Shown one piece after another: positions 63,881-64,000 of a stretch of DNA of 64,000 nt (the first letter of the stretch is position 1; every line of letters starts with the position of its first letter). The position numbers and the translations under genes were made by a program. The DNA comes from Felis catus (taxonomy: Eukaryota), in assembly GCF_018350175.1 (NCBI RefSeq), contig NC_058368.1:127474001-127538000 (forward strand), written 5' to 3'. Below the pieces are notes generated by a model that was given only the letters and a program-made list of their open reading frames with translations, had not been told where the DNA came from and did no database searches.

Positions 63881-64000
63881 CAGGTGATTTCTTTTTTATT
63901 ACTTTGGGTAAATATAAATATGGGAATCCTATAAAAAGGCAAATAGAAGTTGGGATGTATGAAATGTATCATTCATGTATTAATAAGCATGGGACAAACA

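Noticed and set aside
1..64000. Naming the host gene (e.g. one of the known recursively spliced genes)
   Set aside because: No exon sequence in the window lets me identify it; needs genome alignment.

Overview
AT-rich mammalian non-coding DNA, almost certainly from a felid (cat family), judged by 24 tRNA-derived Can-SINEs of SINEC_Fc type, most with visible target-site duplications (TSDs). The rest is ancient eutherian repeat debris (MIR, L2, L1M 3' ends, ERVL/MaLR solo LTRs, hAT and Tigger-type MITEs, one L3/CR1 fragment), microsatellites and unique sequence. I find no credible protein-coding exon; the supplied ORFs are explained by SINEs, microsatellites or chance. The most striking signal is on the minus strand at about 32.55-32.61 kb. 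It is a textbook recursive-splicing (RS) arrangement: branch point, polypyrimidine tract, TAG|GTAAGT, then a 38-nt RS-exon closed by a second GG|GTAAGT donor. A second AG|GTAAG candidate lies 23.6 kb further along the same strand, at 9030. This suggests the window lies inside a very long intron of a minus-strand gene, which I cannot name from sequence alone. Other signals include a strong CTCF motif, a SOX/E-box/CCAAT cluster in a hairpin, a SINE with an apparently locally templated insertion, and a (GAA)16(GAG)17 SINE tail. Repeat family names come from recalled consensus similarity, not a database search, and boundaries of old repeats are approximate.
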